A stretch of 64,000 nt of DNA, from assembly GCF_964355755.1 (NCBI RefSeq), contig NC_092670.1:16850795-16914794 (forward strand), in the 5' to 3' direction. Of this stretch, positions 46,138 through 60,300 are shown piece by piece. The notes under the pieces were generated by a model. It did not search any database. It was not told the origin of the DNA and worked only from the letters and a program-made list of their open reading frames with translations. This DNA comes from Antedon mediterranea. Its lineage: Eukaryota > Animalia > Echinodermata. Both the position numbers and the translations under genes were made by a program. Each line of letters starts with the position of its first letter. Position 1 is the first letter of the stretch.

Positions 46138-47834
46138 TCATGTCTCGCCATCATTATTAAATGATTGGTTATTATACGCAAACGTCGGTTCTTGTCGGAT
46201 ACGACCACCGCTGACTGTTTTCAAGGGTGGTAAACCTCTTGGTGTGGCCTCCTCGCTACCTTCAGTATCGTCACTAGAAACCTTCTTCTTTTTCTTCTTT
46301 TTCTTCTTAGTTTTCTTCTTCTTTATTGGCACTATTTCGCTTGGCTCACTTTGCATACCTTGTGATAACGTGGCAGTTGATTCGTTTTCATCCGTAGTAG
46401 ATACTTTACGTGGTTTCTTTTTCTTTTTCTTTGCTTTGACCGGCGCTGGAGTTTCGTCGATTTCCTCGTGCGCGATATTCCCGTTTCGTTCTTGGTACTC
46501 AAACGCGGTAATGTCATCTTTAACTTTTTCCGGATCCTTAGAAACGGTGAATATGTCGTCATCATCGTCGTCATCGGGTGTTCGCTTCTTCTTAGAGTTG
46601 TCGTCACTATCATCGTCCATGTCGTCATCATCATCGACGCTTTTGACCTTGTTACCAAATCTTTTCTTGAAACATTCTCTGGTCGTAACTGCGTAGACGA
46701 GAGCCATTGCAAGGATCTGGAATTAAATAATAGTAAAATCAATCAATCAATAAGTAAATAGATAAGTTGAGTTGCATGAGTTATAGTAGAAAACTCTTCG
46801 GGACGATCACCTATAAGTGATTTACTGGGACACTTTTCATGAGAAGTGTATGACGGTCAATTTGTTTTAAAGCTAACGGCCAACCCCTATTTAGGGACAC
46901 CTCTATTAAGATACACTTTGTGTGGTCCTGAAGTTTCTTGATATGCAATCCAATAAACCAACTTACTAAGAAGAATTGGGCAGCAGCATACCAAAGAACG
47001 ACGGCCGTAAGAATATCCGCATCAGGTTTTGGGTACACGATGGCTATAATACCGAGCGCTAAAGCAGAGTTTTTGATACCAGTTTCTATGGCAATCGTTT
47101 TTGATTGGACGGCAGTTCGGCAGCATACTATCCCGGCGAGTAGACCAAGTATAAACCCACAGGTGGTGAATGTGAACGTGCACAGAATCATATCTCGATC
47201 AGACACTAAGAAAATGTACCTGAAATAAAGATAAAAGATACAATAGCGATGTTATTGGTAGTAGCCTGTAGGCCTAAAACTACACTTAACGAGGTCGCAT
47301 CGTTGCGCTTTAGACTTGCCCCAAGCCTGTATATATCTTTCCTTTTTATGTTAGTCCCAATTTTGTCTGGGAAGTTTCTGAGCTCAAGTTCTATACGTAT
47401 AAAACGCCATATTTTCCAAAATATTTATCTTTGTACTAATATAATATAAAGTTTCAGTTTCAGTTTATTTTCCATTTCAATTTATGAACATAAGATAAAC
47501 AATATATATGGATGGATAACCGTAAGAGCGAAGCTCGTTAGCCGGTCACCCGTTAGTGCAGTGACATTACAGACAACATAAAGACAAGACAAAGGTGCAA
47601 TACATAACAAGACATGTGAACACTTGTGTTTGCAACCCCTTGGATAAAATAATATATTTATATAAAGGAGAAAATTAGATATTATATTTCTTTTTGATCA
47701 TAAAATGATAATTTTTAACTTACTTCTTAAGAAGGTTAACATGAAGATTACATATAGTTATTTTTATTTTTACTAGTACATGGTAATAAAATCTGAATAT
47801 CATCTTTTAGATAAAAAATGTAATAGATTTACAT

Positions 47835-47874
<40 letters not shown>

Positions 47875-50800
47875 TAAGTAAACTTAAATAATGTTACTCT
47901 ACTAATTAAATAATATAACATAATATTACTGATACGTTGATAATAAACTGTGAATAAATTTCTTCTTAAATAAACTTAAGGTACATTGGTTCTTAATAAA
48001 ATTGCTTATATCATTCCACAATATAGGTCCTTTCCGTTTAATGGTATTCCAAAGTAGACCATAGACTGGTTGCGCTTCAGATTGTATCAGTTATAATATT
48101 GGTTAGTTATTTATTGCGAATTACCTTGAAGATATTGTTCCAAAAACAGCTAAAATAAGGAATACAACAATACAGAAAGGCCGTAAGATTTTTAATATTT
48201 TCTTTGCCCAATTTGGTTTCTGTTTTCGTATGATGACGCCGATGGCTAACGGTACGATAAGTGCGCCGAGTGCGATAGCGATATCACGGACAGGGACGGG
48301 AAAGGTTTCGTCATCCGTAAACGGAGATGTGTAAACCCAGAGGCACAATGGCATCATACCTATGGATAATAATAATAAAAATGATACAAGAATACATTAA
48401 AATACATATATTGACAAATACAACTGAGACTTTTACAAACATTGTGTCATATTGTTCAGTAATAAAATTCAATAGAAGAATAGGTCTGCATTCACATAGT
48501 TTTTTATGTCCTTGTTATTGTGCATTTACCCATTGTATTACATGTGTGGAGAAACCAATAAAAACAATATGTTATAGCCTTTATAAGCCCAGGAATTGTC
48601 GTGGAGGCCATTTCCGTCCCATTTTGTTGTTGATACAGTTTGTATTAAAATCGATGACCAGAATAATCAGGACCTGCAGCTTTAGGCCTATTAGGGGAAA
48701 TATTCAAATATACATGGGCCATTTAGGCTAGACTTTTTCACGCCTCATATCCAAAATATTTTGCATTTTTGCATTATGATGAGGCCTAAAATGTTTAGTT
48801 TCGCTTCTTCCGACTGACAATTATTTTTAATTAATAATCAGTGTTGTAATATGGTGTACAGAATAGGCCTCAATTATACAGTGACGTCAATGTACCATCT
48901 GTCTAATTACTATGAATTAGCCTATTATTAAAATAAGAAAAGATACAGTGTATGAAGTGTCTTTTAAGACAATATTAATGAAGCTTCGTTAGGAGTGAGC
49001 ATTTGTAGGTTTCATTTTTTTTTTTTTTTTTGAATTTTAAACAATCCATTGTAGTCTTAATTATGTAAATCTACATTATGTGTTTTCGCGGCTTACATAA
49101 CAAAACATAATTATATAAAATATTTTTTGCTTCCCATATCATAAAGGTTGTGAACATTATATACGTTTAAAACATACCGTGAAGAACATTCTTTAGAAAT
49201 TGACATACTGTATAGGTCTACTTGTGAACTTTAAAACAGTGATAATTAAAATCATTCCCATCCCTCAAAACCCTTAAAACGCGGTTGTTGACGGCTTGCA
49301 TAGGTCAATGTTATTAGACTAAAAGTTGTAATCGTTAAATTAACCAAATTTCTCTTAGAAATGTGTATAAAATGAGGGCAAACTAAATCAATTTGAAACT
49401 AGTGAAAATTTATAAATCAATTGAATTTAGTCGAACTTTAAAAATCAAAACGCGGTTGTCAACGGCTTGCAATCTGACGCGTGTAATAACAATAACATTA
49501 TTGTTGAAATACGAAAGACTGAATATCCGATTAACGAAACGTGAATAATTTATACATTGTATTTCACTATTTCAATAGCTGCAATTTAATATTCATTGTT
49601 ATCATGGCTGTGTCTCACCTACAACTTGTATTAATTACATTATTTTATATCTGACCTTTATATTCGTAAACTATAATTTCAGGTGCAAATATGACATATA
49701 CGAATATGATATTTAAGAACATTTCCTCTGAAAAGTGGGGTGGAAAATGGGGTGGGTAAGTGGGAGTCCCAAACCTCTTTTTGTAACGAGAACACACGGG
49801 TCACGAAGTTAGGACTCCCGAACACACGATTATAAACTTTTTACCTAAAGCGCTGTCACACTTTCAAACTGTATGTGACAAAAAAATGTGATGCGCCTAT
49901 ATATGGACATGATTATGTCATAGCAATGCCATATTTAAGTATATCACTGCCATATTTGGGCACAAGTAAATAGAAATCAAGATTACGGTTTCATCTTGAA
50001 TACTAGTCATTTAATAATAGAAATACAAACTATTGTAGGCCTAGAATGCTGGGCCTACTTTTTCAATATTCTGTTTGACCTATCATACACCAGCATTTTG
50101 TTTAGATATCAAATAATACAAGAATTAAATATACGCGTTGGTGAGCGTTACCAAGACAACAGTCCGTTCATTGCGAATATTATGAAAGGCACTTGTAATT
50201 CGACACCGCAAATATTTGATATGATAAATGTATAAACGTACCGAGAGCAAGAACAGTGGTACTAAATGTAAGCACGATACTTAAGACCACGTCTGCATCA
50301 ATGAGTACACATGCGATGTTACTAAGACCACCACCTGGACAACTTGCACCCAGTATCACACCTATTGCATAGTCGTCGTCTAGTCCATAGGCCAGGCAAA
50401 ATCCGTACGCTACCTGAAATATGAAATAATATGTATAGGATTCAATATTAAAAATTCAATTATACAAAAATAGGGTATAGGGCGTGTGGCGCAGTGTTGA
50501 TTAGGCCGCATCAGGGGTTCGAGACCAACACTCGTCGTATTGCTTGTGACACTTATACCATGGACCTATAGGTCCATGCTTATAAGTACAGTAATAATAA
50601 TAGATAGATTTAGGCCTAGATAGCGCAAATAATGATGTCTCTATGCGCTCAACAATAAAGAGAAAGAGTGGAAACCAAAAGGAAGAGAACAAAAAGACAA
50701 AAACACCAAGCCTGTGCCTCTCTCTACCCATACAAATGGGTACGTTTACCTGGTAGGTTCAAACACTGAATAGCTAAAACATTATGGTAGCTAAGTTGTC

Positions 50801-53800
50801 TTCCAATCCATATATACGTGTTTGATTTAATATCGGGGTGAAAATTTGAAGCGCCAAGAAATTGACATAATGACATAAAAATAATTATTAAAAAATGATC
50901 ATTAGACAGTTTGAAATTATATTGAATATTCTGAGTTTGGTTCCATCCGTCCTGAAGCGTGGCTTGATATATTAACCAGTTTGCCACCAACGTATCTATT
51001 AGCATACGCTATAAATGTTAGGTTTAAACAGGAATGAGATTTTCGTATTGGGAGCAAACAGGTCGCGTAAATAATATAATAGTAAGCGATTCATTTGCAC
51101 CTGCAGTGATATTTGTGTGAAAATGATAGTGGCGTCTCTACATCGATTTTTTTGGGTAGATTGTAATAACATCATTACGAATTTAAACGTATTTAGTATC
51201 ATGGTTACCATGGAATTTCATTAGATCAGTAATACAATCATTATTATAAAGTGTTCGCTTAAGATTGATTGAACAGGAAAATACTATAAATAAGTGAACA
51301 TTATTCATTCAAACAACGATAGTTTATAGGCCTAGAAAATAGATTATCTTCACTTCAAATGATCGAAATAAACGCGAGATTGAGTATAATTATCGCTGCG
51401 TACTATATGCGTTTATCATCTATGCAAAGCGCTGTTTTCTCATCGTTTTAAACTTGCATGATATTATGAAGTAATTTCTTTACTCCATGATGATATTATA
51501 AATGAAGTTATTGGTTATTAATAATTAGTAGGACTAGTCTCGTATTTTTATAGGCCCAATCTTAATGGATTGTGTTTTCATCTTTATTTACGACAATGTT
51601 CAAATATCATTAAATAGAAAGCGGTTAATTAACTCACCGCAGGCATGATGAGAAACTGCGCAATCGCACCAATGATGACGTCCCATGGTTTCTTCATGAT
51701 GTCCCGGATGTACTCCCATTTTAGTTTGCATCCCATCATACCTGTGACCAAGACGAGAACGCATCCTAGACAGATTTGAAAAATCAAGTCTACCAACCTA
51801 AGGAGTTTCAAAATAATAAAGATATTTAAAGAATTAAAACACAAATTGAAATTGGATCTTGGCACACATTCCCATTCAATATTATTTAGGTGAGGGCTAC
51901 CCATGGGTCATGGGGGAAAGGGGCCATGTTGACAACAACAATTGTTTTGTTTTATTAAGTCAATCTACTGTATATATCGGGATTAAAAGGGAGGCACTTT
52001 ACCCCCTGGACCTGACACACTGATCTTCCCATAGTTATTGTTTATTGTTGATATTACCATAGGGGTTGATTTACACATGTCAAGATACAGTATATAATAA
52101 TAATAATTATTTATTTTGAAGCTACACTTTTGAAACAGTGGCACACTTAAGGTGCGTCCAGAGTAAAATAAAAGTTAGAGAAAAAAAAGTAATAATTTAA
52201 CAATAGGCCTATAATTACAAGGAAACTTAAACTAAATTGTGTAGGCCTACAAAATATTTATAAAAAAAAGTAATACAGCTGGATTAAAAAAAACAAAGAA
52301 CTATTTTCATTTTTGCTTTCTCTTCTCTTTTTCCATGCCCGTTTGGTGAAACCTTTACAATCTTTAAATCGAATGCATATTATTTGTAGGAAGATTATAT
52401 TAGGCCTACAAAAGTAACCAACTAAATACACTGTTAATAATAACGTGAATTCGTTCATTGCGAACCCTTAGCAACCGATTTTAACGATTGAATTCAAAAG
52501 GAATAATTATCTACACTTGATCGCTTCCTTTGAAAAGATAATATAGCAAAGAAAACACACTATTCATTATCATTGGTAATGAATAATATAGTACATCCCC
52601 ATTCTATAATAATATTAATAAAACCTGTTTTATTTGTTAGGCCTACTTATCAATATAAATTAAGGTGCGGTGGAATAATGCATTTTCTTCGTAAAAAGGA
52701 AATAATAAAAATGTTTATTCGGCATTAAAAAAAACTACATAATTTGCCAATAGCATGTAATATATATATAGCTTGTGTAATAATACAACTTCTCCTACTC
52801 CATCATATTTGCATGTAAACAGCATTTATGACAAAGAGGATATATACTTACAAATTAATGAATAATGGATTATCTTTTGTAAAAAGATATTCGTATATTA
52901 AATAATAACTACATCTAATTTGCACTAATAAATATTTGAGATGGTAGGTTACGGCATTAGGCCTATTCAAACAAAATGAAAAACTGAATGAACTGATCCG
53001 ACAGAATACATTCTCTATATAATAATATTCCATGGTGATTTGGACTTACGGTACAATATTAGGTGCAAATAAACAAAATGACAAACTGAATGAACTGACC
53101 CAACAGAATACATTCATCCAATGGGGATGTGGACTTACCGTACAATATTAGGTGTAACTAGTTACTAAACAAAATGAAAAACTAAATGAACTGGACCTGA
53201 CCGAATACATTCATCCAATGGGGATTTGGATGGTACAATATTAGGTGTAACTAGTTACTAAACAAAATGAAAAACTGAATAAACCGGCATCACAAATGGT
53301 CCATAGATTTGGACTACACTACCAAACAAGAGCAGCAATGGATGCTATGTTACCACAAATTAAACAAACCCCCACGTCATAATTAATATTCAAACATCCT
53401 CGTGCTTTTTAACGACAAACATGGCATCAAAGCGGATATATGGACGACCTAATCTCTAATATTAGTGTTACCATAAAGAAACAACTTATTTTAATTCTAC
53501 GTGTTCATAATGTAGGCCTACTGCCGTAATTAAATGAACAAAATATGTTTTTACTCTGTTTCATGTAGTAGAAAGTTATCGACTTTTGAAAACCATTAAA
53601 ATTTAAATTCAGCTGAACAAAATGTTGATTATGGAAGATAACAATAGATAATTCGTAGAATTGTTCTTTTTAACTGTTTATTTTCATTTCCAAGTAATAA
53701 TACTTAGTACTTATTAAGTAAGGAACGTACACTATTTATAGGTAATATTAGGTTGTTTGTGCCATAACGTAAGCCTATAAAACATTTTCACACTTCAACA

Positions 53801-56614
53801 AGTGTGATGTTTAAATATGCTTAATCATATAAAAACCTTAGACCTATTGTCATAGAAAGCATACAAAACACATTACTGTTAACTTAACACACTTATTGTT
53901 AACTGAAATGTTTTATATAGGTACTTGTATATACTGTATAGGTACTACAATGGTGTATCAAATAGTAAACATAGTAGCCAGTTCAGCTCCATTTATAACA
54001 GGTTATAAAATACAAGGCCACCTTATTATAATCCAATTGTGTTCAGATTGATCTATTTAATGTAGTGGAATTTTAAAAAATTTATCCGATACAATATAAT
54101 TATTAATATCAGTAGCCTAGGTAGTCAATTACTACTAACGAAAACGAATACGGTACGTTTGGTGACGTATTCGCTTCGTAAAGCTTGGTTTCCACTACAA
54201 TTCAACGCCATGACGTAACGCAACGCAAAGTGATTTGACCAATCTCAAGCGATGGATTATTCGAACAGTCGGGTGTAATTGGTCAAACTCGCTTGCGTTG
54301 CGTTCTTGCGTTCCCTTCCCTAGTGCGAACCAAGCTTTATATTATACGTAGCGTTGCTAAACATCCCTAATTTGATGGTATAATACAATGCAATTCATAG
54401 AATCCTAATTGTCGCATCGTTGATAGGTAATAATAGCATGGTGGCATGGTGACCAATTAAAATTACATTGTTTAGCCAATACTATAAGCACGGTGAACAA
54501 CAAGTAAAGCTTGGTTCCCACTAGAACGTAACGCAAGGACGTAAACGCAACGCAAGCGTTTTAACCAATGACAAGCGAAGTTATAGACAGTTAGCAATCA
54601 CAAGCGACTTAATTCCACCAAAACAGGAATTAAATCTTTCTTTGATAACAAGGAAGTGAAAGAGTTGTATATTTTAGTTGAAAATATGAAGACCTGGATA
54701 AAATCGACCAATTTACACTGGGTAGAAATTCACATATTTGATACTTAAGAAATTTAATTGTTGATATCAGCTTAGCATAATTATACAGTACTACATACAA
54801 TGAACAACGACGGTAAATAAACTATATAGTTATGTTTAAATCTTTAATTTTAATCTTCAAAATGTCAAATTAGTAAGAAGTAACTTAAATCTCCATAGGT
54901 ACGATGAAAGCTAGACTTGCCCCAAGTCTGTATTGTCTTTTTTATTTATTTGTTTTTATTTCGACCGCGATTTTTTTCTGAGTATCCAGAATCAAGTAGT
55001 AAACGTATGAAACGCCATATGTGCCAAAATATTTATCTTTTTACTAATATTAAGACAAAACTCCGTCTGGAACCCAGACTAGATGAAAGCGCACATAGGC
55101 TTGGTTTCCATTTGGACGTAACGTAAGCGGACCGCAACGAAATTACGTAGACGCACCGCAAGCAATTTGACCAATTACGATCTTACGAACTGTCGCTTGT
55201 GATTGGTCAACTCACTTTAGGCCTACATCGTTGCGTTGCGTCAAGGCTTAAATGCGAGCGATTTTTGACAGGAAGCAAACGGTGTACGACGATGCGATCA
55301 GACAGCTAATGAAAATTGACAGAAAATCAATACCCAGTTGAGTTCTTTAATTTAGCAACTTCCTATACTATGCTTTTGTTTCGTTTAGGCTACAGCATTT
55401 TGGACTTATTTTATTCTATTCAATTTCGAGAGAAAAAAAAATGGGAAAAAATATTCAATTCGATGAATTTAATCTCTTTAGTGGCGTTTCAAACTAATAT
55501 TAGTTGTAATGTATAGGCTACATTTCTAAGTAATAAGTAGAGTGACACGCTGATAATTACATCCTAATTATAAAGATACTGTTTTAGTGGTGACAACTGA
55601 CGCACAGCCGTGTTATATCGATCGAGCTATCAGAATTAATGTTGATAATGACAATAAATAAAGAAGAAAAATAAAAGAAAATTAACGCTTAAAAGGAGAC
55701 ACGACGTCGTTCCTCCTTTTTTTAGCGTTATGTTCTTCTTTAAAATTATTTATAATAAACGTACTTGAATTTGTGACATAAAAGAACAAGAAACTGTTCA
55801 TGATTGGCCCTTCCTTAGGAATTGAATAGCGGGTTTACGAAACAGGTCGATATGAATTTTATGAGGACACGAAATATCCTCATTTATTTAGCCAGGGGCG
55901 GGGCAGCAAGAAAAGATGGGCAACTGTAGGATGGGGTACATAATGGGGTCACGGACTGTAACATTTTGTCTCTCGGTAACAGAACGTAGATTAAAAGAAT
56001 GTTAAAAAGGTATTGTCTCATTAATGAAGGTCACTCTAATAAATGATTACTTACGATGTGACTCGTAAGACGACTATCTCGGGACATCTCGGTTTTCCAT
56101 CTCCTGCAGTGTGTAAACACATAGTTTCTTTCATGGTTCCATCTGCTGCATAATAAATAATGTCGAGTTCTAGTCTAGCCCGTCCAAATCGTGTACCACT
56201 GACGTTGACACTCACAGAAGATAGTGAATCATCCGGTAATGTTGTATCATTCGTAGTACTATTTAGATTAAATTCTGTGACACCATCGATTCCCGCAACC
56301 TCTGTGTCACTGCTCTTTACCATTATTACTATTGGAGACGTGGATGTATAATTTACCGTAATTAACTCAACAGTGTCCATATCGAATTCGGATTCCTTTG
56401 GAATCTGAATTTTCAGTTCTACATTTTCCCACGTCAAATCCACTGACTGTACACACGAAAGCAACGAAAATATACATAATACTAATAACATAACCTTAAT
56501 TTTAACCGAATGTGAAAGTAATAAGTTCCTGGTACGGGTGGTAGTTAAGCGTGAAGTATGGCTGTTGGTGGTGTACGAACGTGACGGCCCGGCTAGCCCC
56601 TCCATAGACTCCAT
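46138..56614 (-). CDS. SLC10A-family sodium/bile-acid symporter (SLC10A3/5-like architecture), 6 exons, about 652 aa
   Basis: Exons: 56614-56055, 51797-51638, 50413-50242, 48359-48125, 47219-46967, 46716-46138. GT-AG and phase-consistent (1959 nt). SBF motifs: MGCKL..KKPWDVIIGAIAQFLIMP, SCPGGGLSN, ALGMMPLCLWVY, KTIAIETGIKNSALA. Confidence 0.92.
47839..47870. repeat. (TA)n microsatellite
   Basis: Direct dinucleotide run. Confidence 0.9.
49849..49964. mobile_element. MITE family A, truncated
   Basis: AGCGCTGTCACACTTTCAAAC..GTGACAAAAAAATGTG..ATATGGACATG..CCATATTTGGGCAC. Confidence 0.7.
52968..53315. repeat. About 90-100-bp degenerate tandem repeat, about 3.5 copies
   Basis: AAACAAAATGA(A/C)AAACTGAATGAACTG..GAATACATTC..GGTACAATATTAGGTG recurs. 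Confidence 0.85.
54182..54336. mobile_element. MITE family B relative
   Basis: AGCTTGGTTTCCACTA ... TAGTGCGAACCAAGCT. Confidence 0.8.
54508..54607. mobile_element. MITE family B, truncated; identical to 17187-17286
   Basis: 100-bp match by eye to the left end of the element at 17187. Confidence 0.85.
55098..55250. mobile_element. MITE family B relative, degraded
   Basis: GGCTTGGTTTCCA..CGTAACGTAAG..TTGACCAAT..GATTGGTCAA..CGTTGCGTTGCGT. Confidence 0.6.
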
Positions 56615-57397
56615 TTCCGCAGCTTGTACGCTCTTCTATACCCATTAAACACACTTAATTGTGATGCAAACACTACTGGGTTCTACGACTGCTTCTTTTA
56701 GCTTCATTTCAATCGATTATTTATGGTAACTAACGGATACCATACAGATACTAATCTACTTCTACAACGATCTTTTGTCTGTTGCTCAGTCAACTGTCTA
56801 ATTACGTAATAGGGGGCGGGCTTCATTTGTCAAATAAAGTCACAAACTGAAAATGTATGACATCAGGTTCGTAAACACAACACTGTGCTGTTGTGACAAT
56901 TACGTATACAGTACTAGGAATTATTATTTCGTGTTCGTCCGTCCGTCCGATTCAAACGACGTCACTGAGTGGCCGTCGTACATGAACGACTTCAAAGTGG
57001 CCGTCGTAGGCCTACATGTACGACGTCATGATACCGTAAATGCTATTCATCATTATTATTTATAGATCTCTTTCAAAATAGATTAGAAAAAAACTAATTT
57101 GAATAGATTTTTTATTAATTTATGAATACATGTTATTAATCTTTTGTACAAATTTACAAAAACAAATCTGTGTAGGGCATATAGGCCTAAATAGTTTGAA
57201 AAACTCAAGTCGCTGAAAAAACTTTAAAATAATCTTGAACGTCTTACTACTACTTGTAGGCCTAACTATAAGTAAGCACGTGTCACTATATATCTCATTC
57301 GAAAGACGCTTTTTAATTTAAAAAAATTTAACCACGCAGGAGCATGGAGATAAACAATTCCATATCAGGATCGAGTAACCAGATAACTTCTCCACTG

Positions 57398-60300
57398 TTA
57401 TCTACTATAACGATCTTCATCGTCTGAGTTGTATAGGCCTACATCACCACTTGGTCCGGCTATTTCTACAATAGATGATACACTTGAAACGTCATCCATC
57501 GCGTATCCAATGACGTCATCATCATTGAAAAATTTGGTTTCGTAGACTGGTTGACGTTGCTGGACAGATTGTCTTTTCCCTCGCAAAGTACCAGGAGTGC
57601 TACCACTTGTCATGCGTTTCTGTCGCAATTCCTGTTTTACTGAGGGTTGTAATTTCTGCATTTCTTGTAATAAAAAGTGTTTGTCTCTCCCTTCCTATAG
57701 AAAATAGAGAATTAACAATATTAGCCTACTTGTTGATATCGCCGGCTCTATTGAAATTTCTATTCAATGATTTTGGCCACTACTATTACGTCATTATTAC
57801 ATCATCACCACAAGATTATCTTAACATTACGCTAACATTACTACATGGAGCACATTTAGCACGTGCTCGTAGTATCATTCACGTGCACATAAGAATACAT
57901 CACAACGTGGAACGGCACATAACACAGTAGGCCTACGCAATATTAACACAGTGATTGACATTGCAGATCATCATTCATGAAAGTTATTAAATAATCAAAC
58001 TAAACAAGTTATAAAAGTTAAGTTACATAGTGTGAAAGGTAAATATATTAAGTGTGACAGTTTTGTTACATGCGACAGGTATTATAAAATGCTAGTAGCA
58101 ACTAAGCTTTACCATAACAAGCTGTTCCTTTAGCTGGCTAATGACTTCTTTCTGAGCACCGCCAGCTACATAATAGTAGTACATTATTAACCTATCAAGA
58201 TTAAAATGGCTACATTATAATAGGCTATTAGTAAAAGTAATAACGTGTTACATATTCGCTTCATCATATCTCTTAATATTTTTATAATTGATGAAAGACC
58301 GTCTTATCTAATTCTGAACATCCTCAAGCTTTGTCTACACTTTCAAATTTATGTGACAAAAATGTAATGTGCCCATATATGGACATGATGATGTCATATT
58401 ACACCATATTTGGGCATTTAGTTTGATAGTGTAGACAGAGCTTAATTAAGATCAAGTAGGCCTACTTTAAAAACGATTATTGGTGTGATAATACATTTGC
58501 AGCTCAAATGAACCTAAACTCCGAGTGGGTGCAAATGATAACCATGGTATAAATAATTCTGAATTTGAACTAGAACACCGGGGTAACCCTCGACTCATCA
58601 CGGAAGATTCCATGTCCACAGGAAGTCCATTTTCAAGTACTTATCCGAGAAAAAATTTGTTCTTATACCGTCCATCAAAAGTACCCCTATGTGCCAATAT
58701 TAAGACTTGGTCATTAGGCGCTCCTGGTCTCGGCCACTTCGAACCAACACATGATGATTATGCCAATTGAATATATCGATTAAAAGGCCTATCTATAGTC
58801 ATAAAGATGAATAACTTACGAAAGAATTAGGATAATAAGAGGAACCAAAAAACCGGATGATAGAGCATATTTGACGATATTCTGTATAAAATCTGGCCAC
58901 TCCTCAAATGATATAACAATGGTTTCCCACATGGTAGGCAAGTAACGAAAAGGGCCACATCCTCTGGAAGGCTGCATTCTGTAAACAAAAGTAATATAAT
59001 AACATAAAGTACTATGAAGAGGGAGCCACACTCACAATTATACCGTACTTCAAATCTATACTTTGGTGGCCATTTTACAAACAGTGAATAAGTCGCAGAA
59101 AGTAAAAGGTATCATCTTATGTCTTATGATGAAATTTGCTGAACACTTATACAATGTCATTGCGCATATCATGGTGCAAAACAGAGTAGCAATGTAACAA
59201 GGAGAATAACACTTATAATGTCATTGCGCAGATCACTGGTGCAAAACAGTAGAAATGTAACAAGGCAGGAGAATAACACTTAAAATGTCATTGCGCAGAT
59301 CACTGGTGCAAAACATAATAGAAATGTAACAAGGAGAATAACACTTGTAATGTCATTGCGCAGATCATGATGCAAAATAGAGTAGAAATGTAACAAGGAG
59401 AATATAACACTAATAATGTCATTGCGCAGATCATGGTGCAAAACAGAGTAGAAATGTAACAAGGAGAATAACACTTATAATGTCATTGCGCAGATCATGA
59501 TGCAAAATAGAGTAGAAATGTAACAAGGAGAATATAACACTTATAATGTCATTGCGCAGATCACTGGTGCAAAACATAATAGAAATGTAACAAGGAGAAT
59601 AACACTTATAATGTCATTGCGCAGATCATGATGCAAAATAGAGTAGAAATGTAACAAGGAGAATATAACACTTATAATGTCATTGCGCAGATCATGGTGC
59701 AAAACAGAGTAGCAATGTAACAAGGAGAACATAACACTAATAATGTCATTGCGCAGATCACTGGTGCAAAACAGAGTAGAAATGTAACAAGGAGAATATA
59801 ACACTGTCATTGCGCAGATCATGGTGCAAAACAGAGTAGCAATGTAACAAGGAGAATATAACACTAATAATGTCATTGCGCAGATCATGGTGCAAAACAG
59901 AGTAGAAATGTAACAAGGAGAATATAACACTTATAATGTCATTGCGCAGATCATGATGCAAAACAGAGTAGAAATGTAACAAGGAGAATATAACACTTAC
60001 AAAGTCATTGCGCAGATCACTGGTGCAAAACAGAGTAGAAATGTAACAAGGAGAATATAACACTAATAATGTCATTGCGCAGATCATGGTGCAAAACAGA
60101 GTAGAAATGTAACAAGGAGAATATAACACTTATAATGTCATTGTGCAGATCACTGGTGCAAAACATAATAGAAATGTAACAAGGAGAATATAACACTAAT
60201 AATGTCATTGTAGAGATCATGATGCAAAACAGAGTAGAAATGTAACAAGGAGAATAACACTTATAATGTCATTGCGCAGATCATGATGCAAAATAGAGTA

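Noticed and set aside
46082-46761. 204-aa poly-Phe/Ser ORF and other overlapping ORFs
   Set aside because: Antisense or alternate-frame images of the poly-Lys/Asp SLC10A tail.
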